A program made the position numbers and the translations under genes. Positions 9,612 through 18,773 of a DNA stretch of 64,000 bases are shown here, piece after piece. The stretch spans positions 254,445-318,444 of the forward strand of contig CBDAOL010000009.1 of NCBI GenBank assembly GCA_965198045.1, given 5' to 3'. This DNA comes from Dehalococcoidia bacterium. Its GTDB lineage: Bacteria; Chloroflexota; Dehalococcoidia; UBA2979. Below the pieces are notes generated by a model, which did no database searches, was not told the DNA's origin, and worked only from the letters and a program-made list of their open reading frames with translations. Within the stretch, counting starts at the first letter, position 1. Each line of letters starts with the position of its first letter.

Positions 9612-10727
9612 ATGCAGGGCGACCCACTGCACACGAGACTGTGCGACGAGTACGGGTGCGAGGTGCCAGTCGTGGCCTTCGCGCACACCAAAGACGTGAT
9701 CGTGGCGGTCACGAACGCGGGCGGGATCGGCATCCTCGGCGGTGCCGGGCAGACGCCGGACCAGCTGCGCTCCAACATCCGCTGGATCAAGGAGCGTGTG
9801 GGCGACAAGCCGTTCGGCGTCGACCTGCTCGTCCCCGCCAGCTTCGTCGAGGGCAACAGCGAAGACCTCGAGCAAATGATCCCGCAGGCACACCGCGACT
9901 TCGTGGAGCGCCTGCACGAAGAGAATGAAATCCCGCGACCGGCCGAGCGCACCGAATCGCGCAGCACCGGGTCGCCGAACCTCCTCCGTTCCGCGCGAGA
10001 GGCACTGGACGTGGTCCTCGAGGAGCGCGTGCCGATCTTCGCCTCCGGCCTCGGCAGTCCCGCTTTCGTGATCGAGGAGGCGCACGCTGCTGGCACACGC
10101 GTATGGGGCCTGATCGGCCTGCCGCGCCAGGCGCGTCGCCAGGTCGAAGCCGGCGTCGACGTGGTGATTGCCCAGGGCTACGACTCGGGCGGGCACTCGG
10201 GTACGGTCGGCACGTTCACCCTCGTCCCCGAGGTCGTCGAGATCGCGCAGGGAAGCGACACCCTGGTGCTGGCAGCCGGCGGCGTGTCCAGCGGCAAGCA
10301 CCTCGCCGCCTCGCTGGCGATGGGCGCGGACGGCATCTGGACCGGCACCATCTGGCTCGCGACCCACGAGTCGGAGACCGAGATGTTCCTCAAGCAGCGC
10401 CTGATCGACGCCAAGGTCGAGGACGCGGTGCAGTCACGCGCGACCTCGGGCAAGCCGATTCGCCAGCTGCGTTCCAACTGGTCGGAGGCGTGGAAGCAGG
10501 AGGACGCTCCCGTGCCGCTGCAGATGCCGTTGCAGGGCATGCTCGTCCAGGAAGTGCTCACCGGCATCCGCGAGAAGCACCTCGAGGACTGGATGACGAC
10601 ACCGGCCGGCCAGGCAGTCGTCGGCATCCACGAGATCAAGCCCGCAGCCAAAGTCGTCTACGACCTCGTCGAGGAAGCGTTGGAGCAGTTCGACCGCGTC
10701 GTGGGCGAGCCGGTCGGCGACGACTAG
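9612..10727 (+). CDS. nitronate monooxygenase (NMO / 2-nitropropane dioxygenase / FabK-like FMN TIM-barrel) family protein
   Basis: ...VPVVAFAHTKDVIVAVTNAGGIGILG... and a C-terminal FMN-binding region typical of the NMO family. Confidence 0.75.
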   Translation: MQGDPLHTRLCDEYGCEVPVVAFAHTKDVIVAVTNAGGIGILGGAGQTPDQLRSNIRWIKERVGDKPFGVDLLVPASFVEGNSEDLEQMIPQAHRDFVERLHEENEIPRPAERTESRSTGSPNLLRSAREALDVVLEERVPIFASGLGSPAFVIEEAHAAGTRVWGLIGLPRQARRQVEAGVDVVIAQGYDSGGHSGTVGTFTLVPEVVEIAQGSDTLVLAAGGVSSGKHLAASLAMGADGIWTGTIWLATHESETEMFLKQRLIDAKVEDAVQSRATSGKPIRQLRSNWSEAWKQEDAPVPLQMPLQGMLVQEVLTGIREKHLEDWMTTPAGQAVVGIHEIKPAAKVVYDLVEEALEQFDRVVGEPVGDD

Positions 10728-10746
10728 CGCCCAGCGGTTCGAACGA

Positions 10747-11013
10747 GTGACCGGCGACCGGTACGAGGCGAAGCTGTCCTTCGACGACGACCTCGCGGGC
10801 CAGCGCGCGGAGGCGGACGGCGGCAGCCACGTGCCCGGCACCAACTTCGCCGCTCGCCAGGCGTTCACCGGGACGCTCACCGGGCGTCGCATGACGCAGG
10901 GCGATCCCCCGTGGCACTTCCTTGAACTCGCCGACCTCACCGACAAACCCGAGGGCTTCGAGCACGACTCGGTGTGGTGCCACGAGGATGACGTGTATAT
11001 CGATGACGCCTGA
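10747..11013 (+). CDS. hypothetical acidic protein (88 aa)
   Basis: High GC3 consistent with coding. No recognisable family and weak RBS. Confidence 0.35.
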   Translation: MTGDRYEAKLSFDDDLAGQRAEADGGSHVPGTNFAARQAFTGTLTGRRMTQGDPPWHFLELADLTDKPEGFEHDSVWCHEDDVYIDDA

Positions 11014-11028
11014 GCGAGGTTCGCGGAG

Positions 11029-11835
11029 ATGACCACACACATCCTCGTGTGCACCAAGCAGGTCCTCGACCCGGATGGGGTGAACAGCTACGCGCTGTGG
11101 GGCCGCCTCGAAGTGGACTCGACCGGGCGCGGGTTCGATGCGGGCGGCGCCATCCCTCAGATCATCAACGCCTACGACGAGCAGGCCGTCGAGGCGGCCC
11201 TGCGCCTCCGCGACGCGGGCGTCGACTGCACGATCACGGTCGCGGTCGTTGGTGATGAGGACGCCGCGAGCATCCTTCGTCGTTGCATCGCGATGGGCGC
11301 CGACCGCGCGATCCACGTCGTCGCCGACGAGGCGAAGACGGACGGTTTCCGCGTCGCACAGATCCTCGCGGGGCTCGTGAACGAACTGGCCAACGTCGAC
11401 CTCGTGCTCTGCGGCCGGCAGGGTTCGGACTTTGACCAGGGGACGGTTCCAGCGGTGCTCGCGGAGCACCTCAACTGGTCCTACGTCACCATGGCGGGCG
11501 ACGTGGCGATCGACGACGTGGCCCGCGTCACGCGCGCGACACCGTTCGGACCGGAGATCGTCGAAGCGGAGCTCCCCGCCGTGGTCACGGTCAGCAACGA
11601 GGTCGGCCAGGCGCGTTACCCGAGCAGCCGCCGCATGATGGCCGCGCGCCGCACCCCGCCCGAGATCATGGACGCGACCGCTCTTGCGGGGCCCGCGAGC
11701 GTCACGGTCGAGCTCGTCGAGCTGATGGTGCCGGAGGTGCAGGGCGGCTGCGAGATCATCGAAGGCGACTCGCCCGCCGCGAAGGCCCGCGCGCTGTTCG
11801 CACGCCTCGAAGAGTCGGGGGCGCTCGATGGCTGA
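11029..11835 (+). CDS. etfB: electron transfer flavoprotein beta subunit
   Basis: MTTHILVCTKQVLDPDGVN... is a typical ETF-beta N-terminus. Followed by the etfA gene with overlapping stop/start. Confidence 0.85.
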   Translation: MTTHILVCTKQVLDPDGVNSYALWGRLEVDSTGRGFDAGGAIPQIINAYDEQAVEAALRLRDAGVDCTITVAVVGDEDAASILRRCIAMGADRAIHVVADEAKTDGFRVAQILAGLVNELANVDLVLCGRQGSDFDQGTVPAVLAEHLNWSYVTMAGDVAIDDVARVTRATPFGPEIVEAELPAVVTVSNEVGQARYPSSRRMMAARRTPPEIMDATALAGPASVTVELVELMVPEVQGGCEIIEGDSPAAKARALFARLEESGALDG

Positions 11836-12802
11836 TGGCGTGCTCGTCGTCATCCCGCGTGTCGGCGGCGGCGGCCTCGGCAAGACCGGCGAGGAGGCGT
11901 TCGCGTTCGCGCGGGCGCTGGCGAGCGACCTCGACGCTGGATTTGACTGCGCCGTCGTGGGCGCGGACGCAGAGGCAGCGGCGACGGAGGCAGCCGAGCG
12001 GGGCGCTGACCGCGTGCTCGTGGTGCAAGGCGACCGCTTCGCGAACGGCGGGGACGAGCTGGTCGCCGCCAGTGTCGAGGCGGCTCGCATCGTCGATCCC
12101 GCACTCGTAGTGATCCCGCGCGGGTCGGAAGTCCTCGAGCTGACGCCGCGCCTGGCGGCACGCCTCGGCGGTGGTTCCGTGACCAGCGTGACGGGCGTGC
12201 GCCGCGGCGACGGCGACACCATCGAGGCGGTGGCCGCCGTGTTCGGCGGCGCAGCCCTCGCCGTCTACCGCTTCGCCGCCGAAGGACCGGCGGTCGTCGG
12301 CCTCGCACCCGCGCTCGTCGACCCACCAGCGCGCGAAGCGGGCCGCATGGCTGAGCGCGTCGATCTCGAAGTGCCCGAGACCGCCTCCCGAGTCAGGGTC
12401 GTCGAGGCGGCAGTCGACTCGGGCGTCGACCGACTGGAGGATGCGCGGATCGTCGTCTCGGGCGGCCGCGGGCTGCAGAGCGGCGAGCACTTCGGGCTGA
12501 TCCGCGACCTCGCATCGGCCCTCGGCGGCCTCCCCGGCGCCTCCCGCGCGATCGTCGATGACGCCTGGGCGCCGCCGGAACAGCAGGTCGGGCTCACCGG
12601 CGCCATCGTGACGCCGGACGTATACATTGCGGCCGGCATCAGCGGCGCGAGTCAGCACATGGCCGGCTGCTCGAACGCGCGCATCATCGTCGCCATCAAT
12701 AGTGACCCGAGTGCGCCGATTTTCCGCTACGCCCACCTCGGCATCGTCGACGACTGTCTCGACGTGTTGCCGGCACTGATCGAGGCGCGGGGCCGCGCAT
12801 GA
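11828..12802 (+). CDS. etfA: electron transfer flavoprotein alpha subunit
   Basis: C-terminal FAD-binding region ...IAAGISGASQHMAGCSNARIIVAINSDPSAPIF... is ETF-alpha. Confidence 0.85.
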   Translation: MADGVLVVIPRVGGGGLGKTGEEAFAFARALASDLDAGFDCAVVGADAEAAATEAAERGADRVLVVQGDRFANGGDELVAASVEAARIVDPALVVIPRGSEVLELTPRLAARLGGGSVTSVTGVRRGDGDTIEAVAAVFGGAALAVYRFAAEGPAVVGLAPALVDPPAREAGRMAERVDLEVPETASRVRVVEAAVDSGVDRLEDARIVVSGGRGLQSGEHFGLIRDLASALGGLPGASRAIVDDAWAPPEQQVGLTGAIVTPDVYIAAGISGASQHMAGCSNARIIVAINSDPSAPIFRYAHLGIVDDCLDVLPALIEARGRA

Positions 12803-12816
12803 GGACCGGTTGCTGA

Positions 12817-13536
12817 ATGGCGCGACCGACGGCGCATGACCCGCGGCGACTCCTCGACCCGGCTCACCTCGGCGATCCAGCCGAGGTCCGGCCAGCCGGG
12901 GGCACGGTCCTCGACCTCCACGCCCACAGCGCGCCCATCTCGCGTGACAGCGGCGTCAGCGCAGAGCGACTGGTGGCACAGGCGGCTCGCCGAGGCCTCG
13001 ACGGCGTTGTTCTTACTGAACATAACGCCATCTGGAGCGCGGAGGCTGCTCGCGAGCTCAGCGAGCGTCACGAGGTCTGTGTGCTACCGGGGATGGAGAT
13101 CGGCACCGATGTCGGTCACGTCCTCGTCTACGGCCTAGACCGCTTCACGCCTGAACTCCTCGAGATCGTCACGCTCCGGCGGGTCGCCGAGGCGGAGGGC
13201 GCGATGCTCGCGCTCGCCCATCCGATGCGCCCGTTCCACGGCCGCCACGCGCCCCGCGACCGCTACGTCGAGTGGTTCGATGCCCTCGAGGCGGTGAACG
13301 GCGACCACGCCGATACCGAAGGCGGCCCGTTCGAGCTCCTGGCGGGACGCATCGGGGTAGGGGCGATCGGCGGCAGCGATGTGCACAGCGAGCAGGCGGT
13401 CGGCCGCGTCGTCACCGCCTTCGACTCAACGGTCGAAGACATCGGCGACCTCGTCGACCACATCCGGACGCGGCTGACGCACGCTCGCGACCTCCGCCCG
13501 CGGGCTTCGTCGGGGACGGGTGCGCCCCAGATTTAG
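12817..13536 (+). CDS. PHP-domain metal-dependent phosphoesterase
   Basis: LDLHAHSAPISRDSG...VVLTEHNAIW...MEIGTDVGHVLVYGLD are PHP-domain metal-ligand motifs. Confidence 0.65.
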   Translation: MARPTAHDPRRLLDPAHLGDPAEVRPAGGTVLDLHAHSAPISRDSGVSAERLVAQAARRGLDGVVLTEHNAIWSAEAARELSERHEVCVLPGMEIGTDVGHVLVYGLDRFTPELLEIVTLRRVAEAEGAMLALAHPMRPFHGRHAPRDRYVEWFDALEAVNGDHADTEGGPFELLAGRIGVGAIGGSDVHSEQAVGRVVTAFDSTVEDIGDLVDHIRTRLTHARDLRPRASSGTGAPQI

Positions 13537-13580
13537 GCGGCCGCCTCGCGTACACTGCGTGCGTTCGAGGAGAGCGTGTC

Positions 13581-14630
13581 ATGCAGCAGGCCGTGACGAC
13601 CGAGGACCCCGCCAGTTTCGACATCGAAGAGTACGAGGACGGACCGCTCGGTCCGACCGACGTGCTGCTGCGCGTGCGCGCCACTGGGATCTGCGGCTCC
13701 GACCTGCACGCCTACCGGCAGAACGCCTGGCGCGGCGGCCGGGTCCTTGGACACGAGATCGCGGGCGAGGTCGCCGCGGTGGGTTCGGACGTTGGGCGCG
13801 TCGCTGTCGGCGAGCGTGTCGCGCTGCAACCTCGGACGTTCTGCGGCGAATGCAGTGAGTGCCGCGGCGGCCGCACGGAGCTCTGCACCACGGACGCGGC
13901 GCTCTACGGGTTGCAGTTGCCGGGAGGCTTCCGACAGACCCTCGTCGTGCCGCAACAGAACCTGTTCGTGGTCGACTCGACGCTCGACTACGCCGTGGCT
14001 GCGCTGGCAGAACCGCTCTCGGTCGCCATCCACGGCCACCGCGTGGCCGCGCAGCTCGACGCCGCGCGCCCAACGAACGGCGAGCGGGTGGTCGTCCTCG
14101 GCGCCGGACCGATCGGTCTGATGTCCGTCTTCTACGCCGCCCAGGCCGGCGCCCGCGACATCGCCGTCACCTGTCGCTACGAGCAGCAGGCCGAGGCCGC
14201 CAGTCGACTCGGCGCGACGCAAGTGTTCGCCGCCGACGAGGATGGCGAGGCGGCGTTACAGGCGTGGGCCCACGAGCACCCGGTCGATCTCGTGATGGAG
14301 ACGGTCGGCGGCGTCGCGCAGACACCAACGCAGGCCGCGCGCGTCGCCCGTCGAGGCGGGCGCATACTCATCCTCGGCGGATTCGCGATCGATGTGCCGC
14401 TCCCGGCCAACCTGGTGATGGGCAAGCAGCTCCGCGTCGCCGGCACGATTTTCTACGGCTACATCGGCATGAAGCACGACTACGAGATCGCGACCGAACT
14501 CCTGGACGCGCACCGCGAAGTGCTCGGCACGCTGATCACGCATCGCGTACCCCTGGAGGATGCAGCGCGCGGCATCGAGTACGCGGCGAACAAGGCGAGC
14601 GGGGCGGTGAAGGTCACCGTCGAGCCATAA
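13581..14630 (+). CDS. zinc-dependent alcohol dehydrogenase (MDR family, threonine/sorbitol dehydrogenase-like)
   Basis: GICGSDLHAY...GHEIAGEV...CGECSECRGG (structural Zn Cys cluster) and a Rossmann GAGPIGL. Start set at the ATG at 13581 after GAGGAG; the listed 452-aa ORF has an Arg-rich, non-coding-looking N-terminal extension. Confidence 0.8.
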   Translation: MQQAVTTEDPASFDIEEYEDGPLGPTDVLLRVRATGICGSDLHAYRQNAWRGGRVLGHEIAGEVAAVGSDVGRVAVGERVALQPRTFCGECSECRGGRTELCTTDAALYGLQLPGGFRQTLVVPQQNLFVVDSTLDYAVAALAEPLSVAIHGHRVAAQLDAARPTNGERVVVLGAGPIGLMSVFYAAQAGARDIAVTCRYEQQAEAASRLGATQVFAADEDGEAALQAWAHEHPVDLVMETVGGVAQTPTQAARVARRGGRILILGGFAIDVPLPANLVMGKQLRVAGTIFYGYIGMKHDYEIATELLDAHREVLGTLITHRVPLEDAARGIEYAANKASGAVKVTVEP

Positions 14631-14686
14631 ACGCTGCCGCTATCATGCGGCGGATCATCCTCGACCACCGCCTGTAGGGGGGAGCC

Positions 14687-15676
14687 ATGGAACACCGACG
14701 CATCGGCAACACCGACCTCGAGGTCTCGACCATCGGCTTCGGCACCTGGGAGATGAGCACCACCTCCTATGGCGCGATCGATGTCGGCGAAGCCTCCGAG
14801 GCGGTCGCGCAGGCGCTCGACCACGGGATCACGCTGTTCGACACCGCCGAGATCTATGGCCCGTACCACTCGGAGGAATTGCTGGCGAAAGCGCTGGGTC
14901 CGCGCCGCAGCGAGATCACGCTCGTCACGAAGGTGGGTCTCGACTACAACGACGAGCCGCGCGTGATCGGCCGCAACTCGAAGCGAGAGCACATCGTCGA
15001 GCGTACCGAGGGCTGCCTGCAACGCCTCGACACCGACGTGATCGACCTGATGCTGATCCACTGGCCCGACCACGACACCCCCTTCGAGGAGACGATGCGC
15101 GGTCTCGAAGACCTCGTCGCGGCGGGTAAGGTGCGCTACTACGGCGTCTCCAACTTCACCACCGAGATGATGGAGGAGTGCAACCGCCACGGCTCACTCG
15201 CGGCTAACCAGGTCGGCTACCACATGTTCGACCGGCGCATGGAGGCGGAGGTGCTGCCGTGGTGTCTGGCCCACGACACCGGGTACATGGCCTACGGCAG
15301 CCTCGGCTTCGGGCTGCTCTCGGGCGCCTTTACGCCGGAGACGAGCTTCGTCGATTGGGACTGGCGCTCCAGCGGCAAGGCGTTCGGTCTCCCGCTGTTC
15401 GAGGAGGAGTCGTTCGCGAAGGAGCTGCGTGTCGGCGAGCGGTTGAAGACCCTCGCCGCCGAGCATGACAAATCGTTGCCGCAGCTCGCAATCGCGTGGG
15501 TGCTCGACAATCCGGCGGTGTCGGTTGCCCTCGTCGGCATGCGCAACGAGCACGAGTTGCGTGAGAACGTCGCCGCCGCCGACTGGCGGTTGACCGATGA
15601 GATCCGAGGCGAGATCGACCGCGTGTTCGAGGAGGAGGGCGTGCCCACCTACCGCGACGCGCCGCAGGCGATCTAG
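14687..15676 (+). CDS. aldo/keto reductase
   Basis: IGFGTWEMS...FDTAEIYG...LVTKVG are AKR signature regions. Confidence 0.85.
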   Translation: MEHRRIGNTDLEVSTIGFGTWEMSTTSYGAIDVGEASEAVAQALDHGITLFDTAEIYGPYHSEELLAKALGPRRSEITLVTKVGLDYNDEPRVIGRNSKREHIVERTEGCLQRLDTDVIDLMLIHWPDHDTPFEETMRGLEDLVAAGKVRYYGVSNFTTEMMEECNRHGSLAANQVGYHMFDRRMEAEVLPWCLAHDTGYMAYGSLGFGLLSGAFTPETSFVDWDWRSSGKAFGLPLFEEESFAKELRVGERLKTLAAEHDKSLPQLAIAWVLDNPAVSVALVGMRNEHELRENVAAADWRLTDEIRGEIDRVFEEEGVPTYRDAPQAI

Positions 15677-15710
15677 CTCAGCGCTCCGCCGCGACCTCGA
15701 ACCAGGGACG

Positions 15711-16634
15711 CTACCTCGAACCGGGGACGACGCCTCGGACGGCCGTCTCCACGCTGTAGACGTTCGTGCCGGCGGCGAGGAACAGCGTCGAGAAGTCGAC
15801 GCCGCCGAACGTCAGGTTCGCGGCGTGCTCCTCCGTCTCGACCTGCCCGAGGCAGTGCCCGTCGGGCTCGTAGACGCTGACGCCGCCAGCGCCCGTCGTC
15901 CAGAGCCGGCCGTCCTCGTCGAGCTTCATGCCATCGGGGTTGCCTCGACGTTCGTCGCCACTCTGGTCGGCGAACAGCAGGCCAGCGGTCAGCGTGCCGT
16001 CCGAGGTGACGTCGTAGCGCCGGATGATCCCGTCCTGGGAGTCGCCGATGTAGAGCTGTGACTCGTCCGGCGAGAACGCGAGGCCGTTCGGCTGCGTGAA
16101 CTCGTCCGTCAGCATCGTGAGCGTGCCGTCGGGGTCGACGCGGTACACGCCGCGGAAGTCGAGCTCCGCGTACTGGCCCGGTCCGCCGAGCGGGTTCTCC
16201 TGTCCGGGCCGCGTCAGCCCGTAGGTCGGGTCGGTAAAGAAGATCGAGCCGGACGAGTGCCGCACGAGGTCGTTCGGGCTGTTGAACTGCTTGCCTTCGA
16301 ACGCCGCCGCGACGTCCTGGCCCGCGCTGTCGGGACCCTCGGCAACGTACGGCGCGCGCGAGACGCGACGGCCGGAGTGCTCGCAGGCGAGGAGGTGGTC
16401 GTCCGGGTCCAGCGTCAGGCCGTTCGAGTTGCCGCTCGGCTCCCGGTAGACCTCGGCGGTGTCGGTCCCAACGCGCCAGCGATGGATACGGTTGCCTGGG
16501 ATGTCGCTGAACAGCAGCGCGTTGTCGCTCGCGATCCAGATCGGGCCCTCCGTGAAGGCGAACCCGGTGCACAGCTTCGTCTCCGCCTCCGAGGTCAGCA
16601 GGGCGGACAGGCCCTCGTCGTTCTCGATGCGCAT
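15711..16634 (-). CDS. SMP-30/gluconolactonase/LRE-like beta-propeller protein
   Basis: FAFTEGPIWIASDNALLFSDIPGNRIHRW... is a gluconolactonase-family motif. Start trimmed to the ATG at 16634, preceded by GGAGG. Confidence 0.7.
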   Translation of the reverse strand: MRIENDEGLSALLTSEAETKLCTGFAFTEGPIWIASDNALLFSDIPGNRIHRWRVGTDTAEVYREPSGNSNGLTLDPDDHLLACEHSGRRVSRAPYVAEGPDSAGQDVAAAFEGKQFNSPNDLVRHSSGSIFFTDPTYGLTRPGQENPLGGPGQYAELDFRGVYRVDPDGTLTMLTDEFTQPNGLAFSPDESQLYIGDSQDGIIRRYDVTSDGTLTAGLLFADQSGDERRGNPDGMKLDEDGRLWTTGAGGVSVYEPDGHCLGQVETEEHAANLTFGGVDFSTLFLAAGTNVYSVETAVRGVVPGSR

Positions 16635-16788
16635 CGCGCCTCCTCTATGTTTCGTCGCGGCATCATAGGGCGCGTGGCTCGAAGAGTGGCAACGAGCAAC
16701 GAAGGGGCTCGTATCGTGCGGCCGGGGCGTTGATAATGCGCCAGCCACAGGCACCAGAGCTGGATCCGAAGCACGAGGGGCGGACGAG

Positions 16789-18429
16789 ATGAACACGTTG
16801 GAAGCGGTCGCGCAGATCCTGAAGCGCGAGGGCGTCGAGTGGGTGTCTTGCTTCCCCTCGAACAACCTGCTCGAAGAAGTGGCCAAGGTCGGTATCCGCC
16901 CGATCATGTTTCGCCACGAACGGGGCGCGCTCATGGCCGCCGACGGGTTCAGCCGCATGAACGACAGAAACGCCTTCGGCGTCGCGATCACGCAGGGCGG
17001 GCCGGGCTCCGAGAACTCGATGGGCGGACTGGCGCAGGCCTGGGCCGACAACGTCCCGATCCTCTATATGCCCGGCGGGGTCAGCCTCGCCGAGCGCGCC
17101 GTACCGCCCAACTTTGCGCCGGCGAAGACGTACGAGCCGGTCTCTGTTCACGCCGAGGCGATCATGACCGCTGACTCCGCGCCCGCCGTGATGCGTCGCG
17201 CGTTCCACGCGCTGCGCAACGGGCGGCCCGGGCCGGTCATCGTCGAGGTCCCCTCGGACGTTGCGGTAGCTGAGCTCTCCGCCGAGGAGCTGCGCTACCA
17301 GCCGCCGCGGCGCAGCCTCACCGCCCCCGCGGCGGACGATGTGCGCGACGCGGTGCGGGCGCTGCTTGGCGCAGAAAAGCCTGTCATCTGGTCCGGGCAG
17401 GGCGTGCTCATCTCTGGCGCCTCGGCGGCGCTCACCGAACTCGCCGAGCTGCTCGAGATCCCGGTGTACTGCTCGATGCCCGGCAAGTCTGGCTTCAACG
17501 AGCGCCACCCACTCGCCCTCGGCGCAGGCAGTGGCGCGACCACGCAGCAGGCGGGGACCTGGCTGCAGGAATCGGATGTGCTGCTGGCCCTCGGTTCGAG
17601 CCTCTCGCGGACGGGTTACGGACAGCCGATCCCGGCCGGCAAGGTGATCATCCAGAACACGCTGAACGTCGAGGACATCAACAAGGACCAGACGGTCGAC
17701 ATCGGCCTCCCGGGCGACGCCCGCCTCACGATCGAGATGTTGATCGCCGAGGTGAAGGCGCAGCTCGGCGAGAACGGCCGTCGCGGCGAGACGAACGTCG
17801 CCGAGGAAATCGCCGCGGTCCGCGAGGCGTGGTTGGCCGACTGGCAGGACGTGCTCACCTCGGACGAAAAGCCGATCAACACCTACCGCGTGATCGCCGA
17901 GCTGGAGCGCGTGCTCGACCACGACGAGAGCATCGTCACCCACGATGCCGGCGCGCCGCGCGACACGATCATGCCGTTCTACACGGCGACCACGCCGCAC
18001 AGCTACGTCGGTTGGGGGAAGTCGACGCACCTCGGCTACGGGATTCCGCTGATGATCGGGGCCAAGCTGGCGCGGCCGGAGAAGTTCTGCATCAACTTCA
18101 TGGGCGACGGCGCCTTCGGCATGTCTGGGCTCGACATCGAGACCTCGGTGCGGGCCGGTGCGCCGATCACCACCGTGGTGCTCAACAACGGTGGTATGGC
18201 CACCTATCCCGGCGGCTACCCGGTGTCGCGTGAGCTGTTCGGCACCACCGAGATGACCGGCAACTACGCCGAGGTCGCGCAGGGGCTGGGTGCGGTCGGC
18301 ATCGTCGTGACCGAGCCCGACGAGATCGCCGGGGCGATCGAGGCGGCGCGCCAGCACAATGCCGAAGGCCGCACGGTGCTCCTCGACATCCACTCGAACC
18401 TCGAGGGGCGGCGCTCCACCTTCCGCTGA
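16789..18429 (+). CDS. thiamine-pyrophosphate-dependent enzyme (acetolactate synthase large subunit-like)
   Basis: N-terminal Pyr domain, central domain and C-terminal PP-binding region (GDGAFGMSG...NNGGMAT). Confidence 0.8.
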   Translation: MNTLEAVAQILKREGVEWVSCFPSNNLLEEVAKVGIRPIMFRHERGALMAADGFSRMNDRNAFGVAITQGGPGSENSMGGLAQAWADNVPILYMPGGVSLAERAVPPNFAPAKTYEPVSVHAEAIMTADSAPAVMRRAFHALRNGRPGPVIVEVPSDVAVAELSAEELRYQPPRRSLTAPAADDVRDAVRALLGAEKPVIWSGQGVLISGASAALTELAELLEIPVYCSMPGKSGFNERHPLALGAGSGATTQQAGTWLQESDVLLALGSSLSRTGYGQPIPAGKVIIQNTLNVEDINKDQTVDIGLPGDARLTIEMLIAEVKAQLGENGRRGETNVAEEIAAVREAWLADWQDVLTSDEKPINTYRVIAELERVLDHDESIVTHDAGAPRDTIMPFYTATTPHSYVGWGKSTHLGYGIPLMIGAKLARPEKFCINFMGDGAFGMSGLDIETSVRAGAPITTVVLNNGGMATYPGGYPVSRELFGTTEMTGNYAEVAQGLGAVGIVVTEPDEIAGAIEAARQHNAEGRTVLLDIHSNLEGRRSTFR

Positions 18430-18442
18430 ACCGGTCGAGCAG

Positions 18443-18684
18443 CTAGACCTTGTAGCCGCCGTCGACGCTGATCACCTGACCGGTGATGCCGCCTGACTCC
18501 GGCGCCGCGAGCAGAGCGGCCATCGGTCCCAGCTGATCTCCCCGACGACGCTATCGAGCTGCGCCCTCGTGCGTGAGGACACAGCGACCGCGGCCCCCTC
18601 CCGCGCGAGTTCGAGCGCGATCGCTCGTCCGATACCGCGACCACCACCCGTTACTACCGCTTTCAAGCCGTCGAGCCGTGCCAT
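18443..18684 (-). pseudogene. short-chain dehydrogenase/reductase remnant with large internal deletion
   Basis: N-terminal Rossmann motif (KAVVTGGGRGIGRAIALELAREGAAV) reads almost directly into the SDR C-terminal tail (...AALLAAPESGGITGQVISVDGGYKV*) in another frame. The catalytic core of about 170 aa is missing. Confidence 0.55.
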
Positions 18685-18773
18685 GTCTTCCTCGTCTCAT
18701 GCGCCCTCGAGGGGCGTAGGCTGACCGCGATAATAGCGAGGGTCCGGGAGCGGGGTCCGGCGAGGGGCAACCG

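Noticed and set aside
13272-13580. N-terminal 100 aa of the 452-aa ORF 13272..14630, which would overlap the PHP-domain gene
   Set aside because: The extension is Arg/Pro-rich non-coding-looking sequence. A proper ATG with a GAGGAG RBS at 13581 gives a normal 349-aa Zn-ADH.
16635-16788. Riboswitch (e.g. TPP) in the 154-bp leader of the TPP-dependent enzyme gene
   Set aside because: No THI-box-like conserved elements (CUGAGA / ACCUGAUCUGGAUAAUGCCAGCGUAGGGA-type) are recognisable. The region is more likely a plain divergent promoter.
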